This document shows positions 38,399 to 51,918 of a stretch of 64,000 bases of DNA, piece after piece. Under the pieces are notes generated by a model. It did not search any database and had not been told where the DNA came from. It saw nothing but the letters and a program-made list of their open reading frames with translations. Position 1 is the stretch's first letter. Each line of letters begins with the position of its first letter. The translations under genes were made by a program, and so were the position numbers. This DNA is from Octopus sinensis (Eukaryota): positions 49,848,001 to 49,912,000 of the forward strand of contig NC_042997.1 in the NCBI RefSeq assembly GCF_006345805.1, read 5' to 3'.

Positions 38399-38600
38399 AC
38401 CCGAGATTCTTAACACTTGTACCTTTCACTCACACAAACATCAATCGTCATAGACACACACACACGTGCGTGTATATACATATATACACACACACACACG
38501 CAGCTCGTCTCGAATATTGCAGATAGTTGGGGAATAATAATAAAAAGTAAGGCAATCACACACACACTCACAACTCTTGTGTGTAGTTGTTTGTTGTAGG

Positions 38601-38667
38601 ATGAATCTGTCGTCGTGTAACACGTACGGCAACCAATTGCTGTTTGCTGGATGGAACCAAGACCAGG
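38601..38667 (+). CDS. WDR45B: WD repeat domain phosphoinositide-interacting protein 3 (WIPI3/WDR45B), first coding exon
   Basis: Translates MNLSSCNTYGNQLLFAGWNQDQ(G), versus human WDR45B [23 protein letters not shown]. The exon is 67 nt and is followed by donor G|GTACGT (phase 1). I could not find exon 2 (CFACGMENGFR-like) in the window. Confidence 0.88.
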
Positions 38668-41149
38668 GTACGTTGCACAAAACTTCGCCTTTTAATTGCT
38701 TTTTAACTTACAACACATTCTAACCTCCTTCTCTCTTTTCGAAGCTCTACTTCTTTCTAAATAATGCGACGAGGGGGTGGATACTTGACAATCATCATAA
38801 CAAAAAAAAACTTTCTTTCACATTAATTACCATCGCTAATTGATATTTATTTCTATTTCTATTCGATGTGTTTTCCTAATTAACTTCGAAACGAGTTGAT
38901 AGAAAATCTGTAAATTATTATTTCAAAATTATATTTTCAGTTCTTTGCATTCGCATTAAGGAATGTAGATGATGCTCGCCAAATAGTTTATTCCCTCTTC
39001 TGCTTAATTTTCGGTTTACCATTTCCATACCGTTCTATACAGTATAATTACACCCTTTACAATTCGAATGTTCTTTAATTGATCCTTTAATTATTTATGT
39101 ATGAAACAGAAACATAGAGACTAATTCGTGAATCTTCGATTCTATCTTATTATTATGAAGTGTTATTTATTATATTTAATGTTGATCCTGATGTCACAGT
39201 ATATTATTATTAACAACAAGTCTCTACAAACTTCGTATTTATTACATGGATTTTGAAATCAGTGTTTTCCTCTACAACAATTTATCTCTGCTGTCTCTGT
39301 AAATTGTCCTTATATAGTTTTTCGCCAATGAAATTTACCAATTATGCTGTTCTGTATAACTTATCCAGTGCTAATCAGTAACTATTGACCGAACTATTGT
39401 CGGATAAAGCGAGAGTGTATAAGTTAGAATTCTCTTGAAATCTTTTACTATGCTTACTTTAGCATATATTAGACACATTGATATATTTAATGGTTATTTG
39501 TATTCCGATTCTTCATATTATATCAGCTGGTATTTTATTTGTTTTCATTCCTTATTTATTCCCCTCTTTGATGTGTAGTTTTCTGGGTTTTAATTCTAGT
39601 AATGCTTATACTAACCATTTAGTTTTGATTTCAACATACATTTGTAGTTTCTCTAATTATTTTTAGTTGTCTACGAAAAGAGGACAGCTTCCACATTTTT
39701 GATATTGTAATCAGATGGATTTGATTCTCCAAGGAATTTCAGCGCGCACTTGTGTTTGTAGGTTCGCGTGTAGTGCGTGCGTATAATACACCTTGGCGGA
39801 AGATATCGCTCTGTAGAATCTAAATTTTCACTTTGACTAATCTTTCGAATTACCAAAGTATACGAACAACCGATTCGGTGCTAAGCCAAACTAACTAGTT
39901 CGGTAACAACAATTACTTCCAGTTCAGTAACTATGTATAATAATGAACACTACTGAGCGTGCGTGTATGTATATATATATATATATCGTGAGGTAGTCGT
40001 TTAAAGAATATCCAAGTAACGGCAGAATGAATACCTTAGCTTTCGAATGAATAAACTCTCGATGTCTCGACTACTTTTTTCTTGTTTCGTTTGTGTAGTG
40101 TTTGAGTATCTTAAGTATTTCACTCGTGGTTGTAATTAATTTTCATCATTAATATCTTGAGAAAGGCATGAATGTCATCTAATCTCATTCTCATTTTCTT
40201 ATAGTTTTGATTTGATTCTTTGACTCTATGTTAGAAAGTAATTATTATGAGCCGAGTGGTGGGCGTTGTGTTTGGGTAATTGGTTCTATGAAGCAAATCA
40301 GTGAGATTCGATTACTAGGAGGAGCTTCTACATTATCATTAACGTCCTTGGGAAAGGCATGAATGTAACAACTACCTATTTAGCTCCTCTCCTGGATAAA
40401 TTATGGTTTCATTTGTCAAAATTATTGTCGTTTAGTTCTATGTTAGTCCTTATCGAAAAGACCCATAATGAAAGACTTTCAATTCGAGACTATCCATCTT
40501 AGAATGTACCACATTTACTAAAGTGTCCTTCTCATTTGAGATAGACAGCAGTATGTAATTAGCCGCTATTTTTAGCAGATCGAGTGACCACGAAGCAGCT
40601 ACAACGTTGTTTCAAGGATGATGTTTTTGTTTAGCGCCAAGTCAGCTTTGATCGAGCAAGTCTATAATCAGAGACATTCCATACGTGACAGTCCAGTCAT
40701 TTCCCAGGTGCAAGAAACCAAGTGTCACATTATCCGAGGAGTCCTTTTCTAAGACAGTGAATCGTGATTTAGAGAAAGATTAGGCTGCTATTTCTACCAT
40801 TGTGAGTGACCACATACGAGCTTCATAGTTGTAGCATTGATGGAAGGAAAAACTACTATCGAATTCTGATAGATGTTTAGCGAGTTTAACTTCTTTTTTA
40901 TCCTTTAACCAACGAAGGATGAGCTTCTACGCTGGTAAGAGTGATTGGATTAACCCCCTTACCTCCGAAATCCGATATATCCACTCAAAATGTCATCACT
41001 CTTAATTGAAGAAAGCAGTTTTATATACCAACCGATCTTGTGTTGAGGAATGTCCTGTTTGAGAATATCTTTTGTGGAGACATGTCAAGTTTATTGAGAT
41101 AATATGACTTGCAGAAAATACCAGTTCTATTTTTTTTTATAGATATTTG

Positions 41150-41560
41150 ACATCATCATTTAACGTCCGCTTTCCATGCTAGCATGGGTTGGACGATTTG
41201 ACTGAGGACTGGCGAACTGGATGGCTGCACCAGGCTCCAGTCTTGATCTGACAGAGTTTCTACAGCTGGATGCCCTTCCTAATGCCAATCACTCTGAGAG
41301 TGTAGTGGGTGCTTTTACGTGCCACTGGCACAAGGGCCAGTCTGGCGGTGCTGGCAACGGCCACTCTCGAAATGGTGCTTTTTATGTGCCACCTGCACAG
41401 GAGCCAGTCCAGCAGCACTGGCAACCACCTTGCTTGAATGTTTTGTTCACGTGCCACCGGCACAAGTGCCAGTAAGGCGACGCTGGTAACGATCATGCTC
41501 AAATGGTGCCACCGTCACGGAAGCCAGACAGCTGCTGTGGCAGTGATCCCGCTCAGATGG
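41150..41560 (-). mobile_element. RTE-related 3' end / SINE family C
   Basis: (CAT)n...CCATGCTAGCATGGGTTGGAC...GGATGCCCTTCCTAA.GCCAA plus repeated GGTGCTTTT.(C/T)GTGCCAC units; same tail as the RTE at 56624-57707. Confidence 0.8.
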
Positions 41561-41724
41561 AGCGATTACTGGAATAACCTTGGAATTTAATTTTGCAGTT
41601 AAAGGGTTGATATTCAGCTTGAAATGAGTGAAGAAGGAAAGGCAAATTTCAAGGTTTGTTACTCTGGAAAGGAAATAGTTAGATAAATTGTTTCATATAA
41701 GTTCAGACGATAAGTGGTGAGAGA

Positions 41725-42118
41725 TTGTTATTCAGGATGACTGTGTAGTAAGAAGCTTGCTTCCCAACCACATGGTTCTGGGTTCAATCTCATTACACAG
41801 CACCTTGGGCAAGTGTCTTCTACTATAGCCTCGGGCCAACCAAAACCTTGTGAGTGGATTTGGAAGACGGAAACTGCAAGAAGCCTGTCATATATATGTA
41901 TTTGTGTGCCTGTGCTTGTCTCCCCCACCATCGCTTGACAAACAATGTTGGTATATTTATGTCCCTGTAACTTAGCAGTTCAGCAAAAGTATCCAATAGA
42001 ATAAGTACTTGGCTTACAAAGAATAAGTCCTTGGGTCAGTTTGTTTGACTAAAGGCAATGCTCTAGCATGGCCACAGTCAAAATGACTGAAACAAGTAAA
42101 AAAAATAAAAGAATAAAA
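41725..42118 (+). mobile_element. SINE family A (CpG-decayed)
   Basis: Full-length match with many CG to TG/CA changes. Confidence 0.85.
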
Positions 42119-42535
42119 GGTCTAGTCAGCTCAAATTGAGGAAACTCCTGATCAGAGATGTTATGGCTATAACTCTCCTGTCTTTAAATATATCAGAGAT
42201 TTAGCCGGCTAAATGTATAGTGGCATTTCATCTGTCTATATGTTCTGAGTTCAGGTCAGGCCCTGATTGAGCAGTGTTATAGCATGCAGACAGTCAGTTG
42301 AAAGACTAGTTACATGTTTGTAAGGACCATACTTAACACTGACATTCAGTGGTCCATACAATCCATCACTTGTTAGTAATGGATCATATGGGTTGCAGTA
42401 TAAAAGTCTGGACATTTTCTGCTCTTTCTACTCTCCAGTCAATTCTTGTAGGAATTGACAGAGGCCTCAGCAGAACTGTGCAAAGTGTTGGAGTGCAACA
42501 GTTCTTATTCTCCTTGCATTTATTGTTGTACATCA

Positions 42536-43015
42536 CCTGACTGGCTCCCATGCCAGTAGCACATAAAAAGTACCATTCAAGCGTGGGTTGTTGCCAGTCC
42601 TGTCTGACTGGATCCAATGCTGGTGGCACGTAAAAAGCACCATTCAAGCTTGGTTGATGCCAGTACCACCTGACTGGCCCACATGCTGGTGGCACGTAAA
42701 AAGCACCATTTGAGTGTGGGCCATTGCCAGTGCCGTCTGACTGGCTCCCATGCTGGTGGCACATAAAAAGCAACATTTGATTGTGGTCGTTACCAGTGCC
42801 GTCTGACTGGCTCCCATGCCGGTGGCACGTAAAAAGCACCCACTACACTCTCAGAGTGGTTGGCATTAGGAAGGGCATCCAGCTGTAGAAACCTTGCCAG
42901 ATCAGATTGGAGCCTAGCACAACCTTCTGGCTTGCCAATCCTCAGTCAAACCGTCCAACCCATGCCAGCATGGAAAGCAGATGTTAAACGACGAAGATGA
43001 TGATGATGGTGATGA
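42536..43015 (+). mobile_element. RTE-related 3' end with a ~66-bp tandem array (4 full units plus 1 partial)
   Basis: Unit CTGACTGG..CC.ATGC.GGTGGCAC.TAAAAAGCACCATT...GCCAGT.CC.. followed by the family C tail and (GAT)n. Confidence 0.85.
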
Positions 43016-43749
43016 TCCCAACCCCATGTTTGGGCACAGTGAGGCTCATGCTGTAGCAACTGTTACTTGTCCAAGCTGATTGGAAGAGGCATAGATGGCT
43101 CATGATCCTAAGGTCATGAGTTCAATTCCCTGCAATGCATTGTGTGCTTGAGTAAAACATTTTATTTCACGTTGCTCCAGTCCACTCAGCTGACAGTTGT
43201 ACCTGTATTTCAAAGGGCCAGCCTTGTCACATTCTGTGTCCTGCTGAATCTCCCTGATAACTACGTTAAGGGTACATGTGTGTCTGTGGATTGCTTAACT
43301 ACTTGCATACCAATTTCATGAGCAGGCTGTTCTGTTGATCAAATCGACTGGAAAGCTCGTCATTGTGACTGACAGAGTGCCATAAAAGCATATTGTATTT
43401 GTCTAGGTGGTCTGTCATCTTTTAGTGTTTTTATTTTGTTGTGTATGTGGTCTTTGGGAATATTATGCGCATAATCTGTTATAATACATAGTGCATTGTT
43501 TTGTGCTCTTTGCAGCTTATTGCAGGATTTTGGGGGTCATTGCCAATCATATCTGAGTGGCCCTCATGCTGGTGGCATGTAAAAAGCACCATTCGAGTGT
43601 GGGCCGTTGTCAGTGCCGTCTGACTGGTTTAATATAATTTATGATGGATCAAATGTATTGTTTGTACATCGTTGTTTTTTCTTTTGGCCAAATGTATCAT
43701 CTATGATTGTCATTTTGGCTTCTTTGACTGTGTTGTTAAGGAGTTGTAC

Positions 43750-45090
43750 CTCTCAATATTTTTGGAATCTTCTCCTGGTCATGCCTTTCCAGTAGATGTT
43801 AACCTGCAACAACAAATACAACCAGCCCCCACACCCAACAACATCACACACACAGAATACAAAAATAGCTGATGTTCTTGGGAGGAAAGACTAGGCATAA
43901 TGGTCAGTGGCAGGGATGGTAAGAGCTGGCGAGATGTGTGCACTGTGGATGCTTGAATGGAAGCAGTACAAGATTGGCCAACTTTGGAGGAACAGCTGCC
44001 ATTACAGTGGATTCCCTTGTCATAGACAGCAGATGAGGTGAATGGAATAACAACCTGCACAGGTGATTAGTTTATAGTAATCAAATATTTATGCTGTACA
44101 TTAGCTCGTTCTCTCTATTAGATCAGGGGCATCGTGTGTCACACAGCAGATATTGAAATAGTTACAAAGCAGTGTGAAATGAAATGTTTTGTTCAAAAGC
44201 ACAACTCCCTGCCTGGTCCAGGAATTGAAACTTTTGATCTTACAATTGCGAGTGCAGCATACAAACTACTAGGCTACATGTCTTCCCATTGCCTTTAATT
44301 AACAATAGAAAAGACAGGCTGGCAATGTCAGTGAACCAGAGACTGGAGTGTGTCTGTAAGAGATTTAATACAAGTCAGTTGAGTGGCCCTTCTTTAGATG
44401 CAGTCAAGAATGTCTGTGTGTGCAGCAGTAGCACTGTCTCAGATTTAGGTGCAATACTGCATTATAGGCCTCACTTGAAACTTGTTGAGTGTGTGCAACT
44501 GTTGGAAGCTGAAATATTTTATGGTCAGAAAGGGAAGGGTCAGACTAAGGCTGTAGTCCTAACTAAGGAAGATCCTTGGCAATAGTAAAGACCAACCATA
44601 AATGGCATTGAGTGCTCTGAGTGTCTCTCATGTTTATGAGGCATGTAGTGCAGGGATTTTCCTTGTCAGTGTTTGAGTCTATTTTGCTGTTAAAAAGAGA
44701 CGAATTTGGCATGGCCCTCACTACAGAATACTTTGAAGATCTCCATGTGTAGAATCAATGCATGTTTCATGTATGGTATTTAGGTGAATGAAAGGCATAT
44801 CATTTGCATAAGAGTGGTTGTTGCTAGATGTAGTGACAAGTAGGTCATTAATGTATAGACGGGAGAGAGTGGGAGACAAAACTTAACCCTGAGGTATACC
44901 AGGGCTAGCTAATTAAGAGATCTGACAACACATATAATATGATACGATCAGAAGTTACTAATCCAAGAGATGAAAGAAGGGTGAGACCCATGAGTGGGGG
45001 GGGGGTTAGGAGATTCACATGGAGAAAGATATTATCAAAGAGTTGCTGGTAGTTTAAGGAGTTCAGAGAGTGATAGAGAAAGCAGATATA
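43750..45090 (-). mobile_element. Old L2/CR1/Jockey-group LINE RT remnants
   Basis: Minus-strand GIPQG*VLSPTLSRLYINDL (44845-44902), VRPIMQYC and HYA*SFLPRTS. Confidence 0.65.
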
Positions 45091-45095
45091 TTTAA

Positions 45096-45316
45096 CCCTT
45101 TTGTTACCAACCTGGCTGAAACCGCCTCTGGCTTTGTAGTAGAAATGTCTTGTTTCCATAAGTTCTGAATTAAAATCTTCCACCAAACCTCAGTCACAGT
45201 TTATGTTCTTAGCACTAGCTGAATGGTAACTAAGTTATTTTACTAAATTCTTTGTTATATTTAAAGTAATTGAAAGAAACACAGAGCATCTCAAAATAAA
45301 TGCAGTAACGAAAGGG
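45096..45316. mobile_element. piggyBac-type MITE
   Basis: TTAA TSDs; TIRs CCCTTT(T/C)GTTAC. Confidence 0.85.
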
Positions 45317-45832
45317 TTAAGGCAATGAGGGAGAGAGACTTTGAGCCAGAATAACTGAAATCTGTTACTTGCTGGTTGAATGTAGTGGTCTGAGTCCATG
45401 TTATGATGTGGAGAGGGAGTTTATGGAATAGAATTTTCACAGTGTTCATACAAAGGTGGTAAACTCATTAAGGTGTTACTTCACTTGGGATTTTGTAGAA
45501 CTGTTTTATAAGTTTTTCCCAGTTTCAAGATCTGTGAAATTTAGCAGTGTTGGTAGGAGTAGTCATTTCCAGTGAGTGTTTTGATTTCTTCAGGCCCTTG
45601 GTGTTTTAAGTATGTTTGTGATTTTGTCTAACTTTGAGGGCACGAAAAGCATTCAGCCATAGGAACCATGCCAAAACAGATAACAGAGTTTGGCACAGTC
45701 CTTTGATTTGCCAGCTCTTGTCAAACCATCCAACCCATGTCAGCATAGAGAATGGATATTAAATGATGATGAGATTGCCCTATTGCTCCTTTTTTTTGTG
45801 TGTTTGTCAGAAGAAAGAGACTGTTAGGTGGT

Positions 45833-46609
45833 TTAACACTTTAGCATAGCATTTTAACCTGCTGTATCTGGCCCAAATATTTTACCTGTTTTAGGTTTAA
45901 ACTGGCCAGATCCAGTCTGTCACACCTATTCTACCATGTTATTCTAAAAATAAACTATCGTATCATCAAGATCTCAAAGCTATGAGATAATGCATTATTA
46001 ATCCAAAACGGTGTGAATAGATAATTTGGCAGAGTAACGTGGCTGCTGAAAAAGGTTAAGGAGCTGATAATCTGGAAATTGCTAGATAAGGAGGGCAGAG
46101 ACCACTGTCATAGCTGTAGAAAATGCAGTGAGAGAAACTATGTATGTGACATAATGTATGAACGTCAGAGGTTGAATGTCTTTTGGCTGCAACAGTTTGT
46201 CGTACTTTATGCTTATGTATGTCTGTGGATGTACGTTTTCCTTTTCTTGATGTTGTATACTAATCGGAAAGAAATAAGGCCATCACGCAAATAGTGTTGT
46301 GTGCAATTTTCATTGAAAAGAATTCTCTGGACTTCGTATTATCAATCAACCCTTTAACATTCAGATTAGATCTGTCACATGTAATGCTTATTTATTACTC
46401 TCTCTTTACTCTTTTACTTGTTTCAGTCATTTGACTGCGGCCATGCTGGAGCACCACCTTTAGTCGAGCAAATCGACCCCGGGACTTATTCTTTGTAAGC
46501 CCAGTACTTATTCTATCGGTCTCTTTTGCCGAACCGCTAAGTGACGGGGACATAAACATGCCAGCCTCGGTTGTCAAGCAATGCTAGGGGGACAAACACA
46601 GACACACAA

Positions 46610-46652
<43 letters not shown>

Positions 46653-47001
46653 CGACGGGCTTCTTTTAGTTTCCATCTACCAAATCCACTCACAAGGCTT
46701 TGGTCGGCCCGAGGCTATAGTAGAAGACACTTGCCCAAGATGTCACACAGTGGGATTGAACCCGGAACCATGTGGTTGGTAAGCATGCTACTTACCACAC
46801 AGCCACTCCTGCGCCTATTCACATTATTTTGAATTAATTATGCAATATCTCATAGTTTTAAGATTTCATTCAATGATGTGATTGTATATTTTTAGAATGA
46901 TATTGTAGGGTAGGTGTGAGAAGTTGGATCTGGTCAATTTAAACATAAAAGAGTCAGAATATTTTGGCAGGATGTGGCCTGTTTAAATGCTAAAAGGTTA
47001 A
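45833..47001. mobile_element. Two oppositely oriented piggyBac-type MITEs (45833-46058 and 46348-47001, the latter split by SINE A 46397-46817)
   Basis: CC.TTTAGCAT-like ends at TTAA sites; the bodies are reverse-complement similar. Confidence 0.6.
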
Positions 47002-47096
47002 TGTCCATTTTCTTTGCCAGTATGGGTTGGATGGTTTGACAGGATCTGAAGGGCCTAACAACCACATTATGTTCCAGTGTCTGCTTGCCATGGGTT

Positions 47097-47417
47097 AAGT
47101 TAAGTTAAGTTAATTTTTTGGCTCAAAAAGCTAAAAGCAAGGCCATGTAGGGGGGCATGGAGTTATGTACAGGGTGGTGTTCATGCAAAGAGTTCAGGTC
47201 ATTTCTGGTCAAGAGAGACTTTAAACCGAGCGGTCGTCAGCATCTTCACTATCTCGTCCAGCAGCTTATTCCACGGATCCGGAACCTGGACGGACAAAGC
47301 CCCTCTCCTTCGATTGAGATGAAATTGTCGCAGATAGAGTTTTTCGGAGTGACCCCACAGCCGACGCTCTGGAGTAGGAGTGAAGAACAGCTCTTTCGAG
47401 AAATTACACTTTCCGCT
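47097..47417 (-). mobile_element. CR1 LINE 3' end with (TTAAC)n tail
   Basis: GHSEKLYLRQFHLNRRRGALSVQVPDPWNKLLDEIV...FKVSLD; TSD TGGGTT on both sides; inserted into a family C copy. Confidence 0.85.
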
Positions 47418-48319
47418 TGGGTTGTTTGGTTGGATGCTCTTCCTTATGCCAACTACTTTACAGTGTGCACTAGGTGCTTTTTTTTTTTTCATGCCCCCCC
47501 CCCCCCACTCTGAGTGAGGTTACCATTTAGTTTGCAAGTGGGGTGAGAAAGCAAGGAGTAGAGATGTATAAAGCATGAGAGAAAAGGGCCAGAGCAACCA
47601 GGTTTATTACTGAAAGGGAGCTACACAACTACTCACATTTTAGAAGGAAGTGGGGAGCTAAAAATTGGTGTTGAGGTGTCAAAGTGGACCTTCACTGTAC
47701 AAAATGAGTAGGGCATGGGTACCAGAAGTGAGTGGAGGGAGTTGGGGATATCTGGTGTGGGACAGCAGGATAGAGACAATGATACAGTGGAAAAGAGGAT
47801 GAAAGAGAGCTGACCTGCTGATGGGTAGGTTGCGGGAGTGGATGGGGAAGAGAGGAATGTGCAATGTATGAGGGGGACAGGAGAGATAATTTGGTGGCAC
47901 AGCGAGGGTGGTGGTAATTGAGCTGGCAGAACCGTTTAGCACGTCGGGCGAAATGCTTAGCGGTATTTCGTCTGCCGCTACGATCTGAGTTCAAATTCCG
48001 CCAAGGTCGACTTTGCCTTTCATCCTTTCGGGGTTGATAAATTAAAGTACCAGTTACGCACTGGGGTCGATGTAATCGACTTAATACCTATGTCTGTCCT
48101 TGTTTGTCCCCTCTATGTTTAGCCCCTTGTGGGTAATAAAGAAATTGGTAATTAGTAAAGATATGGATGAAGATCAGGAATAATGAATGAACAGTGGCTA
48201 ACAAGTGGTATCAAAGAGTATCTGTGGTTAGGGAGGTGATGAGTGGTGGATGTCTTGTGGAGAAAGGGAACTGGACAGAAGGGCCAACTGTGCGCACACA
48301 CTCAGAGTTCTGTTAGAAC

Positions 48320-48535
48320 TCAGTTATTCTGATATGTGTGGATCTTCTTGAGAACCGCATATTGCCAGCTGCCTCGGTCCTTTGTCATCTCCATGATGTT
48401 CAAGGTCCTGAGATCAGTCTGTACCATTTTGTCACATGTCTTCCTGGGTTTCCCTCTTCTGCAAGTTCCATTAACTTTTAGGGATCGGAACTTCTTTATA
48501 CAGCTGTCCTTATCCATATGCTTCACATCAGACTA
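48320..48535 (-). mobile_element. RTE LINE C-terminal fragment
   Basis: MDKDSCIKKFRSLKVNGTCRRGKPRKT, homologous to ORF 56693-57094. Confidence 0.75.
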
Positions 48536-49633
48536 ACTGAAAATTTTACTTGGAAACAGGCTAGGGTTGGCAACAGGAAAAGCATCAGATCATAGAAAAT
48601 CTGCCTCAACAAATTTTATTTGACCCATGCAGTCATGGAAAAGTAGACATAAAAATGATGATGATGATGATGATACGTGTGTGTGTGTGGGTATCATAAT
48701 CCTCATCATCTTTCCACTTTTCATGCTGGCATGGGCTATACATATACCTGCACATATACGACAGGCTTCTACTAAATTCTACTCAGGCAGTATATAGGTC
48801 AGCAGGAAGTTATGGTGAAAAGCACTGGCTGAAAGTGTTTTTTGTGCAGGATAGTCGAAACCATGCCAACGTGGAAAGCAAGCGTTAAATGATGCTGATG
48901 CTTGTGATGGATGAGGTGGTTTTGAACTTCCTAACCATACAAGTCACAAAATTTGCTCAATGAGATCTGACCTGGCACTAAACAGCCACCAACCTCTAAT
49001 AGCGATAACACTAATAATGTTACATTAGTTATTCACAGGAGTTCTCTTGAGATTATTTAGCTATTGTGGAAGATTGGCAGTTTATACAGAACAGAGTTTA
49101 TAAGTATTCCATTTAATGTCATAGAAAAAAACCTACCTCCACTTAAAGGTTCAGCAATTGTTCATTGAAACATCTTTTTTTTTGTTTTTCATAGTACTGA
49201 GTTGTTAAGTTGTTGAACTATTGGTTGCATTAGTAATATGTTTTACTATAGTTATTGTGTCATGACTAGGAATTATGTAAACCACAATTTGGTGCACTCC
49301 AGTTTGCATGACTGACACAATATAAACAAATGCTCTGTTTTACTTTTGAGTGGTTAATAGTCAGAAGAGCAGCTTACTGTAAAAATAATTGTAAGAAAGC
49401 ATGGGAAAAAAATGGGTTTAAAATAGTTAAAACAGGAAGGGAATGACTCAAGGACTGTGCTTAACCAACTGGAAAGTGATGAGTAAGTTTGGTGGGTCAC
49501 AACTTGGTCTGCATGTGGATTGCGTGTTAACTGGATGTTCTTGAGTTTTACTCATCTAAGTTTATCTGTTATTTCTTATCTCTTCCTTTTCATATTTGCT
49601 GGGTTGTTTTGTCCCCACCACTGTCTGTCTCTT

Positions 49634-49671
<38 letters not shown>

Positions 49672-49673
<2 letters not shown>

Positions 49674-49998
49674 CTCTTTTACTCTTTTGTGGCCATGCTG
49701 GAGCACCACCTTTTTAGTCGAGCAAATCGACCCCAGGACTTATTCTTTGGAAGCCTAGTACTTATTCTATCGGCCTCTTTTGCCGAACCGCTAAGTTATG
49801 GGGACGTAAACACACCAGCATCGGTTGTCAAGCGATGTTGGGGGGGACAAACACAGACACACAAACATATACACATACATACATAAATATATTTACATAT
49901 ATACGACAGGCTTCTTTCAGTTTCCGTCTACCAAATCCACTCACAAGGCTTTGGTCGGCCCGAGGCTATAGTAGAAGACACTTGCCCACTCCTACGCC

Positions 49999-50000
<2 letters not shown>
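49672..50000 (-). mobile_element. SINE family A (head partly deleted)
   Basis: Family match. Confidence 0.85.
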
Positions 50001-50030
<30 letters not shown>

Positions 50031-50169
50031 TGGAAATAATATTTTACCTGGAAACATGTGAGAGTTAGCAACAGGAGGGGCATCTTGCCATGGGGGAAAT
50101 CTGCCTCAATAAATTCCATTGGACCCGTGTAAATGTGGCAAAGTGGATGCTAAAACAATGAGGATATAT

Positions 50170-50890
50170 ATGCTTCAGCAGAGTGTAAGCATCTTGAGAG
50201 ACAGGTTAGGCACAAGAGGCATTAGATGTGGTTTGCAAGAGAGACAACTGTGCTAGTGTGGTCATGTGATGCATATGGATAAGGACAGCTGTGTAAAGAA
50301 ATGCTAATCTCTAACTGTGGAGGGAACCTGTGGTAGAGTTATAACCTGTATTAGAGGTAGAGGTAGTGAAGCTTGGTCTTTGAACTTTGAGCCTCACAGA
50401 ATCAATGACTAATGACTGAGACCTTTGGCGATGTGCTGTGCTTGAGATGACCCATCAAGCCAAGTGCACCTGTGCTGGTCACACATAAAGAACACCTTTT
50501 GAGCATTGGGCCTCACGGAGGCAAAGGGACTGAGTTCCTTTCGAGTGATGGGCCTCACAGAGGCAATGACCAAGACCCTTGTCATTGTGTCATGCTTGAG
50601 AAGAAGATCCATCAAACTGAGCAAAATCGCAGTCATGGCAGATACTGGTGTCATGCAAATTGGCACATAAAAGCACCCTGGTGTCACGCAAATGATGTCC
50701 ATGCCTGTGGAAAATAAAAGCATCCATTTCACTCTCAGAGTGATTGGCATTAGGAAGGGCATCCAGCTGTAAAAAACCATACCAAATCAGGCTGGAGTCT
50801 GGTGCAGCATTCCAGCATGCCAGCCCAGTCAAACCGTCCAACCCATGATGACAGTATGGACAATGGACGTTAAATGATGATGATGATAAT
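50170..50890 (+). mobile_element. RTE LINE 3' end (decayed ORF, 3' UTR, (GAT)n tail)
   Basis: HMDKDSCVKKC*SLTVEGTCGR followed by the family C tail. Confidence 0.75.
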
Positions 50891-51305
50891 ATATATATAT
50901 ATATATATATATGATATGTAATAGTAAGATCCAAGTATCTAGGTTGTAGGAAATTAGTAAATTGCGAGCAGTCCATGGTAAGTATAAAAAACAACTTCTG
51001 AGAACTTTAATAGTTTATTGGTGTAGAGGTTTTTCCCATATCAAGTTTCATTAAGCTGAAAAAAGTATTTTTATAACAAGCAAAACAACAAGTTGTAAAA
51101 GTATTTTTATAGTTCATGGTTAGTAATGGGTTGCAAATAAAAATCCAGATTGAGTGAATGAAGCAGGTAAAACCCAGCCTACATATGTTTCCTAGCTTGG
51201 GAATAACAATTACTCAACAAAGTTGTGAGTAATTTTTACTTCTGAAGTTCTGCTTGCTATGTATCATATGTAGTCTGGGTTTTACTTGCTCCATTCACTC
51301 AATTT

Positions 51306-51340
<35 letters not shown>

Positions 51341-51512
51341 ATACTGGTTTCAAATTTTGGCACAAGGCCAGCATACTCAGGGGATGGGGTAAGTCGAATG
51401 CATTGGCCCCAGTGTTCAGCTGGTACTTATTTTATCAACCTCAGAAGGATGAGAGGTAAAGTTGACCTCAACAGAATAGTACATATTGCTATATGTTACA
51501 TATTTTAATAAT

Positions 51513-51918
51513 TACTCTTTACTCTCTTTTACTTGTTTCAGTCATTTGACTGCGGCCATGCTGGAGCACCGCCTTTAGTCGAGCAAATCGACCCCGGGAC
51601 TTATTCTTTGTAAGCCCAGTACTTATTCTATCGGTCTCTTTTGCCGAACCACTAAGTGATGGGGACGTAAACACACCAGCATCGGTTGTCAAGCAATGCT
51701 AGGGGGACAAACACAAACACACACATACATACATATATATATATATATATACATATATATGACAGGCTTCTTTCAGTTTCCGTCTACCAAATCCACTCAC
51801 AAGGCATTGGTCAGCCCGGGGCTATAGCAGAAGACACTTGCCCAAGATGCCATGCAGTGGGACTGAACCCGGAACCATGTGGTTGGTTAGCAAGCTACTT
51901 ACCACACTGCCACTCCTG
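51513..51918 (-). mobile_element. SINE family A
   Basis: Full-length match. Confidence 0.9.

Noticed and set aside
38041-38468. CACGTG E-boxes as TFEB/CLEAR sites for an autophagy gene
   Set aside because: One lies in an old dispersed repeat and the other at a CA/TG microsatellite junction; neither has the full GTCACGTGAC context.
38547-38599. Possible 5' UTR intron (GTAAGG...TTGTAG)
   Set aside because: Only 53 nt and unsupported without transcript data.
42536-42845. CRISPR-like repeat-spacer appearance
   Set aside because: Eukaryotic context, the spacers are homologous to each other, there are no cas genes, and the array is part of an RTE 3' UTR.
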